A DNA stretch of 64,000 bases from Candidatus Kaiserbacteria bacterium (GTDB lineage Bacteria > Patescibacteriota > Minisyncoccia > Phycocordibacterales > Phycocordibacteraceae). How positions within the stretch are numbered: the stretch's first letter is position 1; each line of letters starts with the position of its first letter. The translations under genes were made by a program, and so were the position numbers. The stretch is taken from contig JACRFL010000001.1 of the NCBI GenBank assembly GCA_016217905.1, positions 18,287 to 82,286 of the forward strand, given 5' to 3'. Below, one piece after another: positions 18,201 through 28,044 of the stretch. The notes under the pieces were generated by a model. It did not search any database. It had not been told where the DNA came from and saw nothing but the letters and a program-made list of their open reading frames with translations.

Positions 18201-19145
18201 ATGGAATACCACATCACACTTCCGAGCAAGCCTCGCATTGTCTCCGAAGAGGGCACGCAGGGCATTTATGAGATCGACTCGCTCTATCCGGGTTACGGTC
18301 ACACGCTCGGGAACAGCCTTCGCCGCATTATCCTTTCCTCGCTCCCCGGGGCGGCGGTGACACAGGTGAAGATCGAGGGCGTTCCGCACGAATTCGCTTC
18401 CATCGACGGCGCGCGCGAGACGGTCATGGAGATCCTCCTTAACCTCAAGCGCGTTCATTTCGTCCTCCATGGCGACGAGCCGCAGACCATTTCGCTTGCC
18501 GCCAAAGGGCCGGGCGCTGTTGCCGCAAAAGATTTCAAGCTTCCGAGCCAGGTCGAGATAAAGAATCCAGAACAGCACATATGCGACCTCTCGGGGAAGG
18601 TGACGCTCGAGCTTGAGGCGACTATAGAGCGCGGCCTCGGCTACGTCTCACGCGAGGTGCTCACCAAAGAAAAAGTCGACATCGGCACCATCGCGCTCGA
18701 CGCGACCTTCACGCCGATTCGTCGCGTGAACTATGAAGTGGAGAATATGCGTGTCGGCGACCGCACCGACTTCAACCGACTCCGCATTCTTATCGAGACC
18801 AACGGGACGATCGCGCCGCGGGAGGCGCTTGAGCGCTCCATCGAGACGATGGTTCACCAGCTGCGCGCGGTCATCGGCTTCCAGGAGGCCGAAACGGCCG
18901 GAGAGGTCCTCGCCACGTCAAAGGCCGCCGGAGGCGCCTCCGACGCGGCCAAGGTGAGGATCGCCGATCTCGGTCTCTCCGCCCGCGTCGCCTCGGCGCT
19001 CGAGAACGCGGGCATCAAGAGCGCAGCCGGTCTCGCGAGAAAGGCCGCGAGCGCGCTGAAGGAGCTCGACGGCATCGGCGAAAAGGCGATCGAAGAGATC
19101 TCCGAAGCGCTCGCCGGACACGGCCTCACGCTCAAAAGCGAGTAA
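18201..19145 (+). CDS. rpoA: RNA polymerase subunit alpha
   Basis: GYGHTLGNSLRRIILSSLPG, DATFTPIRRVNY.VEN.RVG.RTDF. Confidence 0.98.
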   Translation: MEYHITLPSKPRIVSEEGTQGIYEIDSLYPGYGHTLGNSLRRIILSSLPGAAVTQVKIEGVPHEFASIDGARETVMEILLNLKRVHFVLHGDEPQTISLAAKGPGAVAAKDFKLPSQVEIKNPEQHICDLSGKVTLELEATIERGLGYVSREVLTKEKVDIGTIALDATFTPIRRVNYEVENMRVGDRTDFNRLRILIETNGTIAPREALERSIETMVHQLRAVIGFQEAETAGEVLATSKAAGGASDAAKVRIADLGLSARVASALENAGIKSAAGLARKAASALKELDGIGEKAIEEISEALAGHGLTLKSE

Positions 19146-19150
19146 CCGCC

Positions 19151-19504
19151 ATGGCGTTCACCAAAAAAGCCCGAACATTCGGTCGTCCGAGCAATCAACG
19201 GAGAGCGCTCCTGCGCTCCCTGGCGCGTTCTCTCGTCCTTGAAGAACGCATCTCGACCACCGAAGCGAAGGCGAAGGCTCTCCGTCCGTTCGTGGAACGG
19301 CTGGTGACTTATGCGAAGACGAACACGCTCGCGAGCCGTCGGCTCGCGAAGGCCCGTCTCGGCTCCGACGAGGCGGTGAAGAAGCTCTTTGGCACCATCG
19401 GCCCCCGCTACGCTTCGCGCACCGGCGGCTACACGCGCGTGGTCAAGCGCGCGAAGCGCGGGAGCAACGACGCTCGCACGCTTGCGTATATCGCTTTTGT
19501 TTAG
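19151..19504 (+). CDS. rplQ: 50S ribosomal protein L17
   Basis: QRRALLRSL, I.TTEAKAK, R.GGYTRV. Confidence 0.96.
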   Translation: MAFTKKARTFGRPSNQRRALLRSLARSLVLEERISTTEAKAKALRPFVERLVTYAKTNTLASRRLAKARLGSDEAVKKLFGTIGPRYASRTGGYTRVVKRAKRGSNDARTLAYIAFV

Positions 19505-19519
19505 TATTCATATCTCATT

Positions 19520-19891
19520 ATGACCAGTAACACGAAGCCCTCTCCGACAATTTATACTATCGACGCGACGGACCGTACCCTCGGCCGCGTGGCGAGCGAG
19601 GCCGCGAGCGCGCTTCTTGGCAAAAAATCAGTCCACTTCGCCAAGAATCAGGCGCTGCCGGTTACGGTCGTCATCGAAAATGCGAGCAAGCTTCATCTGC
19701 CTGCTCGTCGCACGAAGGGCAAGGTCTACACGCGTTACACCGGATATCCCGGCGGATTTCGCAAGACGAGTATGGAAGAAATGATTACGAAAAAGGGCAT
19801 CGCCGAGGTCGTTAAGAAAACGGTCGATGGTATGATCCCGCGCAACAAGCTGCGCAAACCACGCATGAAAAATCTCATTGTGAATGCATAA
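19520..19891 (+). CDS. rplM: 50S ribosomal protein L13
   Basis: IDA....LGRVAS..A..LLGK, YTGYPGG, GMIPRNKL. Confidence 0.95.
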   Translation: MTSNTKPSPTIYTIDATDRTLGRVASEAASALLGKKSVHFAKNQALPVTVVIENASKLHLPARRTKGKVYTRYTGYPGGFRKTSMEEMITKKGIAEVVKKTVDGMIPRNKLRKPRMKNLIVNA

Positions 19892-19892
19892 T

Positions 19893-20288
19893 ATGACAAC
19901 GCAATTCATCACCGCCGTCGGACGCCGCAAGACCGCTATCGCGAGCGTACGCATGCAGAAGGCGGACACATCGAGTCTGAAGGTCAACGGCAAAACGCCG
20001 AAGGAATATTTCAAGACCGATCTCCGCGCACTCATCGCAGAAGAGGCCCTCAAAAAGGCCGAGAGTGCCGAACACTACGCCGTGGGCGCACACGTGCAGG
20101 GTGGTGGCATCGCTGCCCAGGCAGACGCCGTGCGCCACGCTATTTCTCGCGCCATCACGAAGGCAGAACCGAGCACACGCGCAGTACTGAAGGCGGCGAA
20201 ATTCCTCAAGCGCGACCCGCGCGCCAAGGAGCGCAAGAAGCCCGGCCTCAAGAAAGCCCGCAAGGCGCCACAGTGGTCAAAGCGCTAA
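19893..20288 (+). CDS. rpsI: 30S ribosomal protein S9
   Basis: GRRKTAIA, GGG...QA.AVRHAI, RDPR.KERKKPGLKKARKAPQWSKR; start could be 19884. Confidence 0.97.
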   Translation: MTTQFITAVGRRKTAIASVRMQKADTSSLKVNGKTPKEYFKTDLRALIAEEALKKAESAEHYAVGAHVQGGGIAAQADAVRHAISRAITKAEPSTRAVLKAAKFLKRDPRAKERKKPGLKKARKAPQWSKR

Positions 20289-20316
20289 ATTTGTTGTATT
20301 GTTCCGTCTGGATATG

Positions 20317-20337
20317 GTCTCCCGCAAGGAGACTTTT
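20317..20337 (+). terminator. Candidate terminator after rpsI
   Basis: GTCTCC-cgcaa-GGAGAC followed by TTTT. Confidence 0.5.
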
Positions 20338-20359
20338 CAGTTCACCGCGAGGAGGACAC

Positions 20360-20677
20360 ATGAAAGTCAGAGACTTATTCAAGGACGAAGTCAATGTGTT
20401 TATCGCTCGGCAACTCGAGATTGCTCTAGAGCGGGCAGTCAAGGAAGGGTTCGTTCTCGCCAATGTACACAAAATCGACAAGGACCTGGTGCCCATAGCA
20501 CTCGAAAGACAAGCGGTGCCCGTTATTGAGGGGATACTGAAGACTTTTATTCCCGAGATATCCGAGAACATTCGAGGGCTGAACGAACGAGATATCTGGG
20601 GAACGTATTGGATAGCGCGATACGACTCACCAAATGTGAAGATTTCCATCTTCCAGTTTTTGTGGCAATTCAAATAA
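20360..20677 (+). CDS. Orphan hypothetical protein
   Basis: ATG preceded by AGGAGG SD; lower GC than neighbours; hairpins on both sides. Confidence 0.6.
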   Translation: MKVRDLFKDEVNVFIARQLEIALERAVKEGFVLANVHKIDKDLVPIALERQAVPVIEGILKTFIPEISENIRGLNERDIWGTYWIARYDSPNVKISIFQFLWQFK

Positions 20678-20707
20678 GATTCTTGCCCCACGTCCCTACC
20701 TTCTTTT

Positions 20708-20735
20708 AAGACCGCCTCCAGGCGGTTTTCTTTTT
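20708..20735 (+). terminator. Intrinsic terminator
   Basis: AAGACCGCC-tcca-GGCGGTTTT followed by CTTTTT. Confidence 0.65.
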
Positions 20736-20768
20736 GACTCCGCCCAACATTTCAGGCATAGTGGAGGG

Positions 20769-21314
20769 ATGGATGAAGGAAAAGATGACGTTGTAATCGA
20801 GCCGGAACACGGCGAGGATATGGGGGAGGGGAAGCCGGAAGAGAAAATCGCTAAAATGCGCGAGGAGTTGAAGAGCTGCCGGCAGGAGAAACAGGAGTAC
20901 ATGGACGGTTGGCAGCGGGCGAAGGCCGATTATGTGAATCTCTTGAAGCGGATTGAAACCGGTGCGAAAGCGTCGGAGTTGAAGGGGAAAGTGGGTGCCG
21001 TCGAGACCCTTTTGCCTGCCTTTGACGCTCTTGAACGTGCGAAGAAGCACTTGGAGGCCCGGCCTCCAAGTAGCGAGGATTTTCTTGCCATCGCGCGGCA
21101 ACTTGAGAGCGCATTTGCCACACTCGGCCTGAAAGAGGTGGGAGAGATCGGCGAGAAATTCGATCCGATGCTCCATGAAGCCCTCGGGCAGGACATGACC
21201 GACGACAGCGAGGCCGACGATACCATCACCGCCGTACTGGAGAGTGGGTGGAAGATTAACGGCTCAATCATCCGCCCGGCGAAGGTTCGTGTCGCACACT
21301 TTGCAAGCGAATAG
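20769..21314 (+). CDS. grpE: Nucleotide exchange factor GrpE
   Basis: WQRAKADYVN, LLPAFDALERA, FDP.LHEA, GW......IRPAKV.V; upstream of dnaK. Confidence 0.95.
   Translation: MDEGKDDVVIEPEHGEDMGEGKPEEKIAKMREELKSCRQEKQEYMDGWQRAKADYVNLLKRIETGAKASELKGKVGAVETLLPAFDALERAKKHLEARPPSSEDFLAIARQLESAFATLGLKEVGEIGEKFDPMLHEALGQDMTDDSEADDTITAVLESGWKINGSIIRPAKVRVAHFASE
21049..21071. repeat. Palindromic element in frame inside grpE
   Basis: ACTTGGAGGCC-C-GGCCTCCAAGT, perfect 11-bp arms. Confidence 0.75.
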
Positions 21315-21352
21315 CAAGAGGAGTAAAATGCATTTCTAACTTTTAAAAACAT

Positions 21353-23260
21353 ATGGCAAAAATTCTCGGCATAGATTTGGGCACCACCAATTCCGCGATG
21401 GCGATCGTCGAGGGCGGCGAGCCGCGCGTTCTCGAGAACGCCGAGGGCGCGCGCACGACCCCCTCCATCGTCGCGGTTGGCAAGACGGGGGAGCGCATCG
21501 TCGGCACTCTCGCGAAGCGCCAGTCGGTGACGAACCCCTTGAACACCATTTTCCAAATCAAGCGCTTTATCGGCCACTCCTTCGACGAGCCGGAGGTGCA
21601 GAAGGACAAGGCCGCGGTGCCGTTTGAGATGCGCAAGGCCGATAACGGCGGCATCGAGGTCAAGATGAGCGACAAATGGTATCGCCCCGAAGAGCTCTCC
21701 GCGATGATACTCGGAAAGTTGAAGGCCGACGCTGAAGCGAAGCTCGGCGAGAAGATCTCGCAGGCGGTCATCACCGTCCCCGCCTATTTCAACGACGACC
21801 AGCGCAGCGCAACCAAGGCCGCTGGCCAGATCGCCGGTCTCGAGGTATTGCGCATCATCAACGAGCCGACGGCAGCTGCGCTCGCATACGGCTTTAACAA
21901 GAAGAAGGATGAAAAGATCGCGGTCTTCGACTTCGGCGGCGGGACCTTCGATATCAGCGTGCTCGAGGTGGGTGGCGACGTGATTGAGGTGAAGTCGACC
22001 GACGGCGACGCGCACCTGGGCGGCAAAGACATCGACCAGAAGATTATCAACTGGCTCGCGGACGAGTTTAAGAAAGAAAGCGGCATCGATGTGCGGGGCG
22101 ACGCGCTCGCGCGTCAGCGCCTCGACGAGGCCGCCGAGAAGGCGAAAATAGAGCTCAGCAGCGCGATGGAGACGGAAATCAACATTCCGTTCCTTACCTC
22201 AGATGCCTCCGGTCCCCGTCATCTTTTAATAAAGATGACTAGGGCGAGGCTCGAGGAGCTCTCGAGCGAATTTATCGAGCGCGCGATGGCTATCACTAAG
22301 CGGGCAATGGAGGCCTCACCCTTCAAGATTCCCGAGATCAACGAGGTGATTCTCGTCGGCGGTCAGACGCGCATGCCGAAAATTCAAGCTGAAGTGGAGA
22401 AGTTCTTCGGTAAGAAGCCCAACATGACCGTGAATCCCGACGAAGTGGTCGCCATCGGCGCGGCTATCCAGGCGGGCATTCTCCAGGGCGACGTGAAGGA
22501 TATCTTGCTCGTCGACGTGATTCCGCTCTCGCTTTCTATCGAGACGATGGGCGGCGTCGCGACCAAACTCATCGAACGCAACACCGCGATACCGACCTCC
22601 CGTTCGCAAACTTTTTCCACTGCCGCCGACAACCAGCCGTCGGTAGAGATTCACATCACCCAGGGTGAGCGCGCGATGAGCGCCGACAACAAGTCCTTGG
22701 GCAAGTTTATGCTCGACGGTATTCCGCCGGCGCCAAGAGGCATGCCGCAGGTGGAAGTGACCTTTGACGTCGACGCTTCCGGCATCCTCACGGTGAAAGC
22801 CAAAGAGAAAACAACCAGCAAGGAGCAAAGTATTCGCATCGAGGGTTCAACCGGTCTTTCCAAAGAAGACATTGAGAAAATGAAAACCGATGCCGAGGCA
22901 CATAGCGCTGACGACGAGAAACGTAAAGAATTTGTGGAGGCGCGCAACATCGCCGATCAAGCAGTCTATGCTGCCGAGAAGGCAATAAAAGAGCACGGAG
23001 AAAAGGCTGGCGCAGAAGTGGTGAAGGAGGTGCAGGATAAAATTGATGCGCTGAAGACCGCGCGAGCGAGTGAAGACTCAGCGCTCATCAAGACCGCGAC
23101 TGAAACGCTCTCAAGCGCACTCTCGAAGATTGGCGAAGCCATGTCCAAAGCCCAGACCCCGCCGGGCAGAGGCGAAGCCGCAGGTCCCGACTCAAGTGGA
23201 GGGACACCACCGCCCGACGCCCCTCCAGCCACCGATGCAGAGTTTAAGGAGAAGGAATAA
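21353..23260 (+). CDS. dnaK: Chaperone DnaK
   Basis: [43 protein letters not shown]. Confidence 0.99.
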   Translation: MAKILGIDLGTTNSAMAIVEGGEPRVLENAEGARTTPSIVAVGKTGERIVGTLAKRQSVTNPLNTIFQIKRFIGHSFDEPEVQKDKAAVPFEMRKADNGGIEVKMSDKWYRPEELSAMILGKLKADAEAKLGEKISQAVITVPAYFNDDQRSATKAAGQIAGLEVLRIINEPTAAALAYGFNKKKDEKIAVFDFGGGTFDISVLEVGGDVIEVKSTDGDAHLGGKDIDQKIINWLADEFKKESGIDVRGDALARQRLDEAAEKAKIELSSAMETEINIPFLTSDASGPRHLLIKMTRARLEELSSEFIERAMAITKRAMEASPFKIPEINEVILVGGQTRMPKIQAEVEKFFGKKPNMTVNPDEVVAIGAAIQAGILQGDVKDILLVDVIPLSLSIETMGGVATKLIERNTAIPTSRSQTFSTAADNQPSVEIHITQGERAMSADNKSLGKFMLDGIPPAPRGMPQVEVTFDVDASGILTVKAKEKTTSKEQSIRIEGSTGLSKEDIEKMKTDAEAHSADDEKRKEFVEARNIADQAVYAAEKAIKEHGEKAGAEVVKEVQDKIDALKTARASEDSALIKTATETLSSALSKIGEAMSKAQTPPGRGEAAGPDSSGGTPPPDAPPATDAEFKEKE

Positions 23261-24354
23261 TGACGATGACCAAAGATTATTACAACGTGCTGGGCGTCGA
23301 TAAGAAGGCGAGCAAGGACGACATCAAAAAGGCGTTCCGGAAGCTCGCGCACAAATATCACCCCGACAAGGGCGGAACCGACGAGTCGAAGTTCAAAGAG
23401 ATTACCGAAGCATACTCGATTCTGAGCGACGACAAGAAGCGCCGCGAATACGATACCTACGGGCAGGCATTTCAGGGAGGAGCTGGTGCAGGAGCAGGAG
23501 CACACGGCAGCCCGTTTGGAGGGTTCGATTTCAGTCAGTTCCAACAGGGCTTCGAGCAAGGCGGCGTCGATTTCGACTTCGGCGATATTTTTGGCGACAT
23601 ATTCGGCGGCGGCCGTACTCGTGAGCGCACACCGAGAGGTCGCGATATCTCTATCGACCTCGAGATACCGTTTAAAGACGCGGCGTTTGGCACTACGCGC
23701 ACGGTGCTTATCGCCAAGGTCTCTACCTGTAGTCTCTGTCGCGGCACGGGCGCCAAACACGGCACCGAGCTGGAGAAATGCGCGACCTGCAGCGGCAGCG
23801 GTCGTATACACGAAACGCGCAATTCTATCCTCGGCCAGTTTACGAGCGTGCGTGCTTGTACGGCTTGCGACGGTAGCGGGAAAATACCGAGGGAGAAGTG
23901 TGCGGAGTGCAAGGGCCACGGCGTCCATCGCAAGCAAGAAGAGGTCAAGATCTCTATCCCTGCGGGCATCGACAATGGCGAGATGATACGACTGCCCGGG
24001 CAGGGAGAGGCGATCAAGGCCGGTACCGCGGGCGACTTATATGCGAAGATACATGTGAAGCCGCACGCGGCCTTTCGCCGCGAAGGGTTTAACCTCATCA
24101 TGAATCTGCCGGTGAAGCTGACCGACGCGCTGCTTGGTACAACCGTTTCTATAGAATCTCTGGAAGGGAAGACGCTGGAAGTAAAAATCCCGCCGATGAA
24201 ACGCGCGGAGGAGCTGCTCCGGGTCGCGGACAAGGGCATCCCGGGCGACGGCGGCCGCGGCGACCTCATCATCCGCCTCGAGGTCGCGCTCCCGCACAAG
24301 CTCTCTGGCAAAGCGAAGAAATCAGTCGAAGACTTGAAAAGCGAGGGGCTCTAG
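23260..24354 (+). CDS. dnaJ: Chaperone DnaJ
   Basis: J domain HPD, G/F region, four CxxCxGxG repeats. Confidence 0.98.
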   Translation: MTMTKDYYNVLGVDKKASKDDIKKAFRKLAHKYHPDKGGTDESKFKEITEAYSILSDDKKRREYDTYGQAFQGGAGAGAGAHGSPFGGFDFSQFQQGFEQGGVDFDFGDIFGDIFGGGRTRERTPRGRDISIDLEIPFKDAAFGTTRTVLIAKVSTCSLCRGTGAKHGTELEKCATCSGSGRIHETRNSILGQFTSVRACTACDGSGKIPREKCAECKGHGVHRKQEEVKISIPAGIDNGEMIRLPGQGEAIKAGTAGDLYAKIHVKPHAAFRREGFNLIMNLPVKLTDALLGTTVSIESLEGKTLEVKIPPMKRAEELLRVADKGIPGDGGRGDLIIRLEVALPHKLSGKAKKSVEDLKSEGL

Positions 24355-24460
24355 TTCGTGTCGCCGGCGAAAAACTCTGGACAATCGCCGTATTGTCTGT
24401 AAAGTGGATTGCGGATGAACGCGCAGCCCGTGCGTTCCGTGGCTAGGGAAGGGGACGGCC

Positions 24461-24883
24461 ATGAGCGAACTGCTCGACGTATTTAGGCTTATATTTCCTG
24501 GTGTCAGCCTTGGGGGAGAATTTCTGACGAAGGACCTAAGGGAGGCCTTCATCGTTCCTCTTCTTGAAGAGGGCGAAAAGCGCGGGAAATTACTCTGGAG
24601 CGCGGAACTCTCCGTCCGGATTGTGGACCTTGCCTTCTACCAGGCCCAAGGAACCGTAACGTTCGGCGGCGAGATCTTCGGGATATGCGTGGAGGTCCAT
24701 CCTCCGACACACGCGCAGCTTCGGGAACTCCTGGGGCCTCCCGCGAATGTCACTCACCCCGACGAGCTGTTCGGGGACTTTCGAAAGAAACCTCCGATTC
24801 CGTGGATTTTCACGGGCGTGGCGGGCGAGCCGTACACGAAAGGAATCATCGTGGTTATGCGGCCCGCAGAACGACACAACTAG
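24461..24883 (+). CDS. Orphan hypothetical protein
   Basis: 140-aa ORF filling the intergenic space, purine-rich SD-like leader, followed by a hairpin. Confidence 0.55.
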   Translation: MSELLDVFRLIFPGVSLGGEFLTKDLREAFIVPLLEEGEKRGKLLWSAELSVRIVDLAFYQAQGTVTFGGEIFGICVEVHPPTHAQLRELLGPPANVTHPDELFGDFRKKPPIPWIFTGVAGEPYTKGIIVVMRPAERHN

Positions 24884-24918
24884 CGGCGGCATCCCCTTTG
24901 GGATGTCGCCGCTTCTCT
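24882..24918 (+). terminator. Hairpin/terminator
   Basis: 14-bp stem AGCGGCGGCATCCC/GGGATGTCGCCGCT with one G-U pair, CTTT loop. Confidence 0.6.
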
Positions 24919-24940
24919 AATTCGGATGTATACTTCTCGC

Positions 24941-25471
24941 ATGATCGCCACCACGACCACCGACGCGATAGCCCAAGTGAACGCGCTTGCGACGCATACT
25001 GCGCTTACCGTCTGGAACGGCGCGAGCGATTTTCTTATTGTTCTCATATTATTCGCTACTTTTTTCCTCTTCGCGTGGTACATCGGGCGCGCCACGCTCG
25101 TCTCCGTGCTCCTCGCGTTCTATGCCGCGTACGCAATCTACGTCGTGTTTCCTTATGCCAACTATCTGCCCACCGCGCCGGCCCTGACCGCACTCCTCGC
25201 GCATATCGGTCTCTACCTCGGACTATCGCTCGTGTTCTATATCATCCTGCGCCGTGTAGTTGTCTCCGACTTCCTCTACGTCGGTATAGTCGGGACGATC
25301 GTACTCTCGCTTCTCGGTGCGACGTTTCTTATCGCGCTTGCGTACCACGTATTTCCCGTCGCCGAGGTCTACCGCTTCACTCCCGCTATCGACCTGCTTT
25401 TCGCGGCAAAACAGTATTTCTTCTGGTGGTTCGCCGCCCCCGCCATCGGCCTCTTCTTCCTCGCCCGATAG
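24941..25471 (+). CDS. Hypothetical integral membrane protein
   Basis: About five hydrophobic segments; ATG 6 nt after TATACT. Confidence 0.75.
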   Translation: MIATTTTDAIAQVNALATHTALTVWNGASDFLIVLILFATFFLFAWYIGRATLVSVLLAFYAAYAIYVVFPYANYLPTAPALTALLAHIGLYLGLSLVFYIILRRVVVSDFLYVGIVGTIVLSLLGATFLIALAYHVFPVAEVYRFTPAIDLLFAAKQYFFWWFAAPAIGLFFLAR

Positions 25472-25510
25472 CACTTCGATCTTGCTCAGTACAGGTGGTA
25501 TAGTTTTCGC

Positions 25511-26764
25511 ATGACTTTAGCCGACGAACTGAAAGCCCGCGGACTTATAGAGCTTTCATCCGCGCCGCCGGAAGTTATACTCGCTGCGCCGCGCACGGCC
25601 TATCTCGGCATCGACCCTACCTCCGACTCGATGCAGGTCGGAAACCTTGCCGTCGTGCTCCTTATGAAGCGGCTCGGAGAGGCGAGCCACAAGCTCGTCT
25701 TCCTCGTCGGGGGCGCGACCGGCGCGATCGGCGACCCGAAGGAGAGGGGCGAGCGCACGCTTCTCGACGAGAAGGTTGTCGCCGCCAACACCCGCGCGCT
25801 CAAGGCACAGTTGAAAAAAATCCTCGGCAACACATCTTTCAAAATGGTCGATAATGCCGACTGGCTCACGAGCGTGAAGCTGCTGCCGTTTCTGCGCGAC
25901 GTCGGCAAGCACTTCACGGTAAATGACCTGATAAAGCGTGAGATCATCAAGAAGCGCCTCGATACGCCGGACGAAAGCATTTCGTATACCGAGTTCACCT
26001 ATGCGCTCCTTCAAGGGTTCGACTACCTCACGCTCCATGAGAAGTACGGCGTCGATCTCCAGATCGGCGGCTCCGACCAGTGGACGAATATCCTCTCGGG
26101 CGTCGACCTCGTCCGCAAACGCCTGGGGAAACAGGTGTACGCGCTCGGCATGCCGCTTGTCACTGACGCCGCCGGCAAGAAGTTCGGCAAAAGCGAGGGC
26201 AATGCAATCTGGCTCGACGCGAAGAAGACCTCGCCTTTCCGTTTCTACCAATTTTGGATAAATCTTCCGGACGAGGGTATCGAGAATTATCTGAAGGTGT
26301 ACACCCTCCTGCCGCTCACCGATATCAGCGCGCTCATGGAGCTTCATCGGCGCAACCCCGGCGAGCGCCAAGCGCAAGAGACGCTCGCGCGGCTCGTGAC
26401 CGAGATCGTGCACGGCCCGGCTGCAACCGCGCAAGCGGCCGCTACCAGCGATGCGCTCTTCGGCAATACGCCCTTCAGCGAGCTCTCCCGCGAGGCGCTC
26501 GCGGTCGCTCTCGCCGAGGCGCCCTCGGTTGTTCTTACGAAAAAAAATGTCGCCGACGGCTCGCCGCTCGCTGAGGCGCTCGTAAAAGGCGGTCTCACGT
26601 CCTCAAGGAGCGATGCGCGCCGCTTGATAGAAGGGAAGGGCATCACGCTCTCCGGGCAGACGATTGAAAATCCAGACCAGAAAATATTTCCTGGCGACCT
26701 TTCAAGCGGCTATGCGCTGGTGCGCAAAGGTAAACAGGGCGTCCTCGTCCTCGTTTTGAAATAA
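25511..26764 (+). CDS. tyrS: Tyrosine--tRNA ligase
   Basis: YLGIDPT, QIGGSDQW.NI, KFGKSEGNA.WL, C-terminal S4-like domain. Confidence 0.97.
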   Translation: MTLADELKARGLIELSSAPPEVILAAPRTAYLGIDPTSDSMQVGNLAVVLLMKRLGEASHKLVFLVGGATGAIGDPKERGERTLLDEKVVAANTRALKAQLKKILGNTSFKMVDNADWLTSVKLLPFLRDVGKHFTVNDLIKREIIKKRLDTPDESISYTEFTYALLQGFDYLTLHEKYGVDLQIGGSDQWTNILSGVDLVRKRLGKQVYALGMPLVTDAAGKKFGKSEGNAIWLDAKKTSPFRFYQFWINLPDEGIENYLKVYTLLPLTDISALMELHRRNPGERQAQETLARLVTEIVHGPAATAQAAATSDALFGNTPFSELSREALAVALAEAPSVVLTKKNVADGSPLAEALVKGGLTSSRSDARRLIEGKGITLSGQTIENPDQKIFPGDLSSGYALVRKGKQGVLVLVLK

Positions 26765-26793
26765 GGAGGAGAATCCGCTATACTGACACCATC

Positions 26794-26877
26794 GCGTCGG
26801 TGGCGGAGTGGTCAATCGCAACAGGCTGTAAACCTGTCGGGCATAGCCCTACGAAGGTTCGAATCCTTCCCGGCGCA
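26794..26877 (+). tRNA. tRNA-Tyr(GTA)
   Basis: Acceptor GCGTCGG/CCGGCGC-A, anticodon arm ACAGG-ctGTAaa-CCTGT, long variable arm, GGTTCGAATCC; CCA not encoded. Confidence 0.96.
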
Positions 26878-26878
26878 C

Positions 26879-26923
26879 AAAATGAAGTGGCTCGTAGCGA
26901 AAGCTGCGGGCTACTATCATTTT
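26879..26923 (+). terminator. Terminator after tRNA-Tyr
   Basis: 13-bp stem with G-U pairs, GAAA tetraloop, outer AAAATGA/TCATTTT. Confidence 0.7.
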
Positions 26924-26973
26924 GTGCGCCGGGGCACGCATCCTAAGCGTACCAAGCATGCTATTGTGTCTTC

Positions 26974-28032
26974 GTGAATGCTTTGTATCAACGCATAATA
27001 AAACCCGTCTTGTTCAAGTTCGATCCCGAGGCGGTGCACGATGTATTCGTCTCGCTCGGCGAGTTTGCGGGGCGGTTTACGCTTTTGCGGCGCATCTTCG
27101 GATTCTTCTACGATTATCGCGGTGTGGACATCAGCAAGGTAGTCGACGGCATCGCCTATCGCACGCCGGTCTTGCTCTCGGCGGGATTCGATTACAATGG
27201 CCGCCTCACCCGGATACTGCCCGCGCTCGCATTCGGCGGCGAGGAGATCGGCTCGGTAACTGCACACTCGTGCGAGGGCAATCCACGCCCACGACTCACG
27301 CGGCTCATTCGCAATAAGAGCATCGTAGTCTACAAGGGGCTCCGTAATCGCGGCGTCGATGCGCTTATAGCGCGTCTCGCGCACACGCCGCGCGTACCGG
27401 GCTTCGTACTCGGCATTTCAATAGCGCGCACCAATGAAGAGGCCGCCGCGACCGATGCCACGGCGGGCATACACGATTATGTCGAGTCATTCAAGAAGCT
27501 CACGACCGCGGGCATCGGCGACTACTACACTATCAATATCTCGTGTCCGAATGCCTACACCGGCGAGACCTTCGCCGATCCCAAGCTTCTCACCGAGCTC
27601 CTGCCGCGCCTCCGCGAAGTTCCTTGCGACAAACCGCTCTATCTCAAGATGCCGATCAGTGTCCCGTGGGAGCAATTCGCCGCTATTCTCGACATCGCAG
27701 ACACAAATGGCGTGCACGGCATCGTAATCGGCAATCTCAATAAGAACTACCGCGACCTCGCGTATCCTGAAGACACGTCTGGAGAATTCCGTGGCGGCCT
27801 CTCGGGCGCGCCCTGCTTCGCGCTCTCTAACGAGCTCATTCGCAAGACGCGGGCGCACTCAGGCAAGCGCTTTACGATCATCGGTGTCGGCGGCATCTTC
27901 ACCCCCGACGATGCGATGGCAAAATTCGCGGCGGGCGCCGACCTCGTTCAGCTGATCACCGGCATGATTTTCGAGGGTCCCGGGCTTATGAAGCAGATCT
28001 GCGAACGATATGCCGAAGAGACCGCTTCGTGA
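26974..28032 (+). CDS. pyrD: Dihydroorotate dehydrogenase-like flavoprotein (class 2 scaffold)
   Basis: DPE..H, AGFD, EIGSVT...GNPRPRL.RL, GGLSG, IIGVGGI, GADLVQL.TG.I..GP. Confidence 0.8.
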   Translation: MNALYQRIIKPVLFKFDPEAVHDVFVSLGEFAGRFTLLRRIFGFFYDYRGVDISKVVDGIAYRTPVLLSAGFDYNGRLTRILPALAFGGEEIGSVTAHSCEGNPRPRLTRLIRNKSIVVYKGLRNRGVDALIARLAHTPRVPGFVLGISIARTNEEAAATDATAGIHDYVESFKKLTTAGIGDYYTINISCPNAYTGETFADPKLLTELLPRLREVPCDKPLYLKMPISVPWEQFAAILDIADTNGVHGIVIGNLNKNYRDLAYPEDTSGEFRGGLSGAPCFALSNELIRKTRAHSGKRFTIIGVGGIFTPDDAMAKFAAGADLVQLITGMIFEGPGLMKQICERYAEETAS

Positions 28033-28044
28033 TATCGTAATCCT

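Noticed and set aside
20678-21352. CIRCE operator for grpE-dnaK-dnaJ
   Set aside because: No TTAGCACTC-N9-GAGTGCTAA match found, and no hrcA in the window.
23152-23205. GTCCC...GGGAC hairpin in the DnaK C-terminal tail as another inserted element
   Set aside because: Only a 5-bp stem, and DnaK tails are naturally low-complexity and variable.
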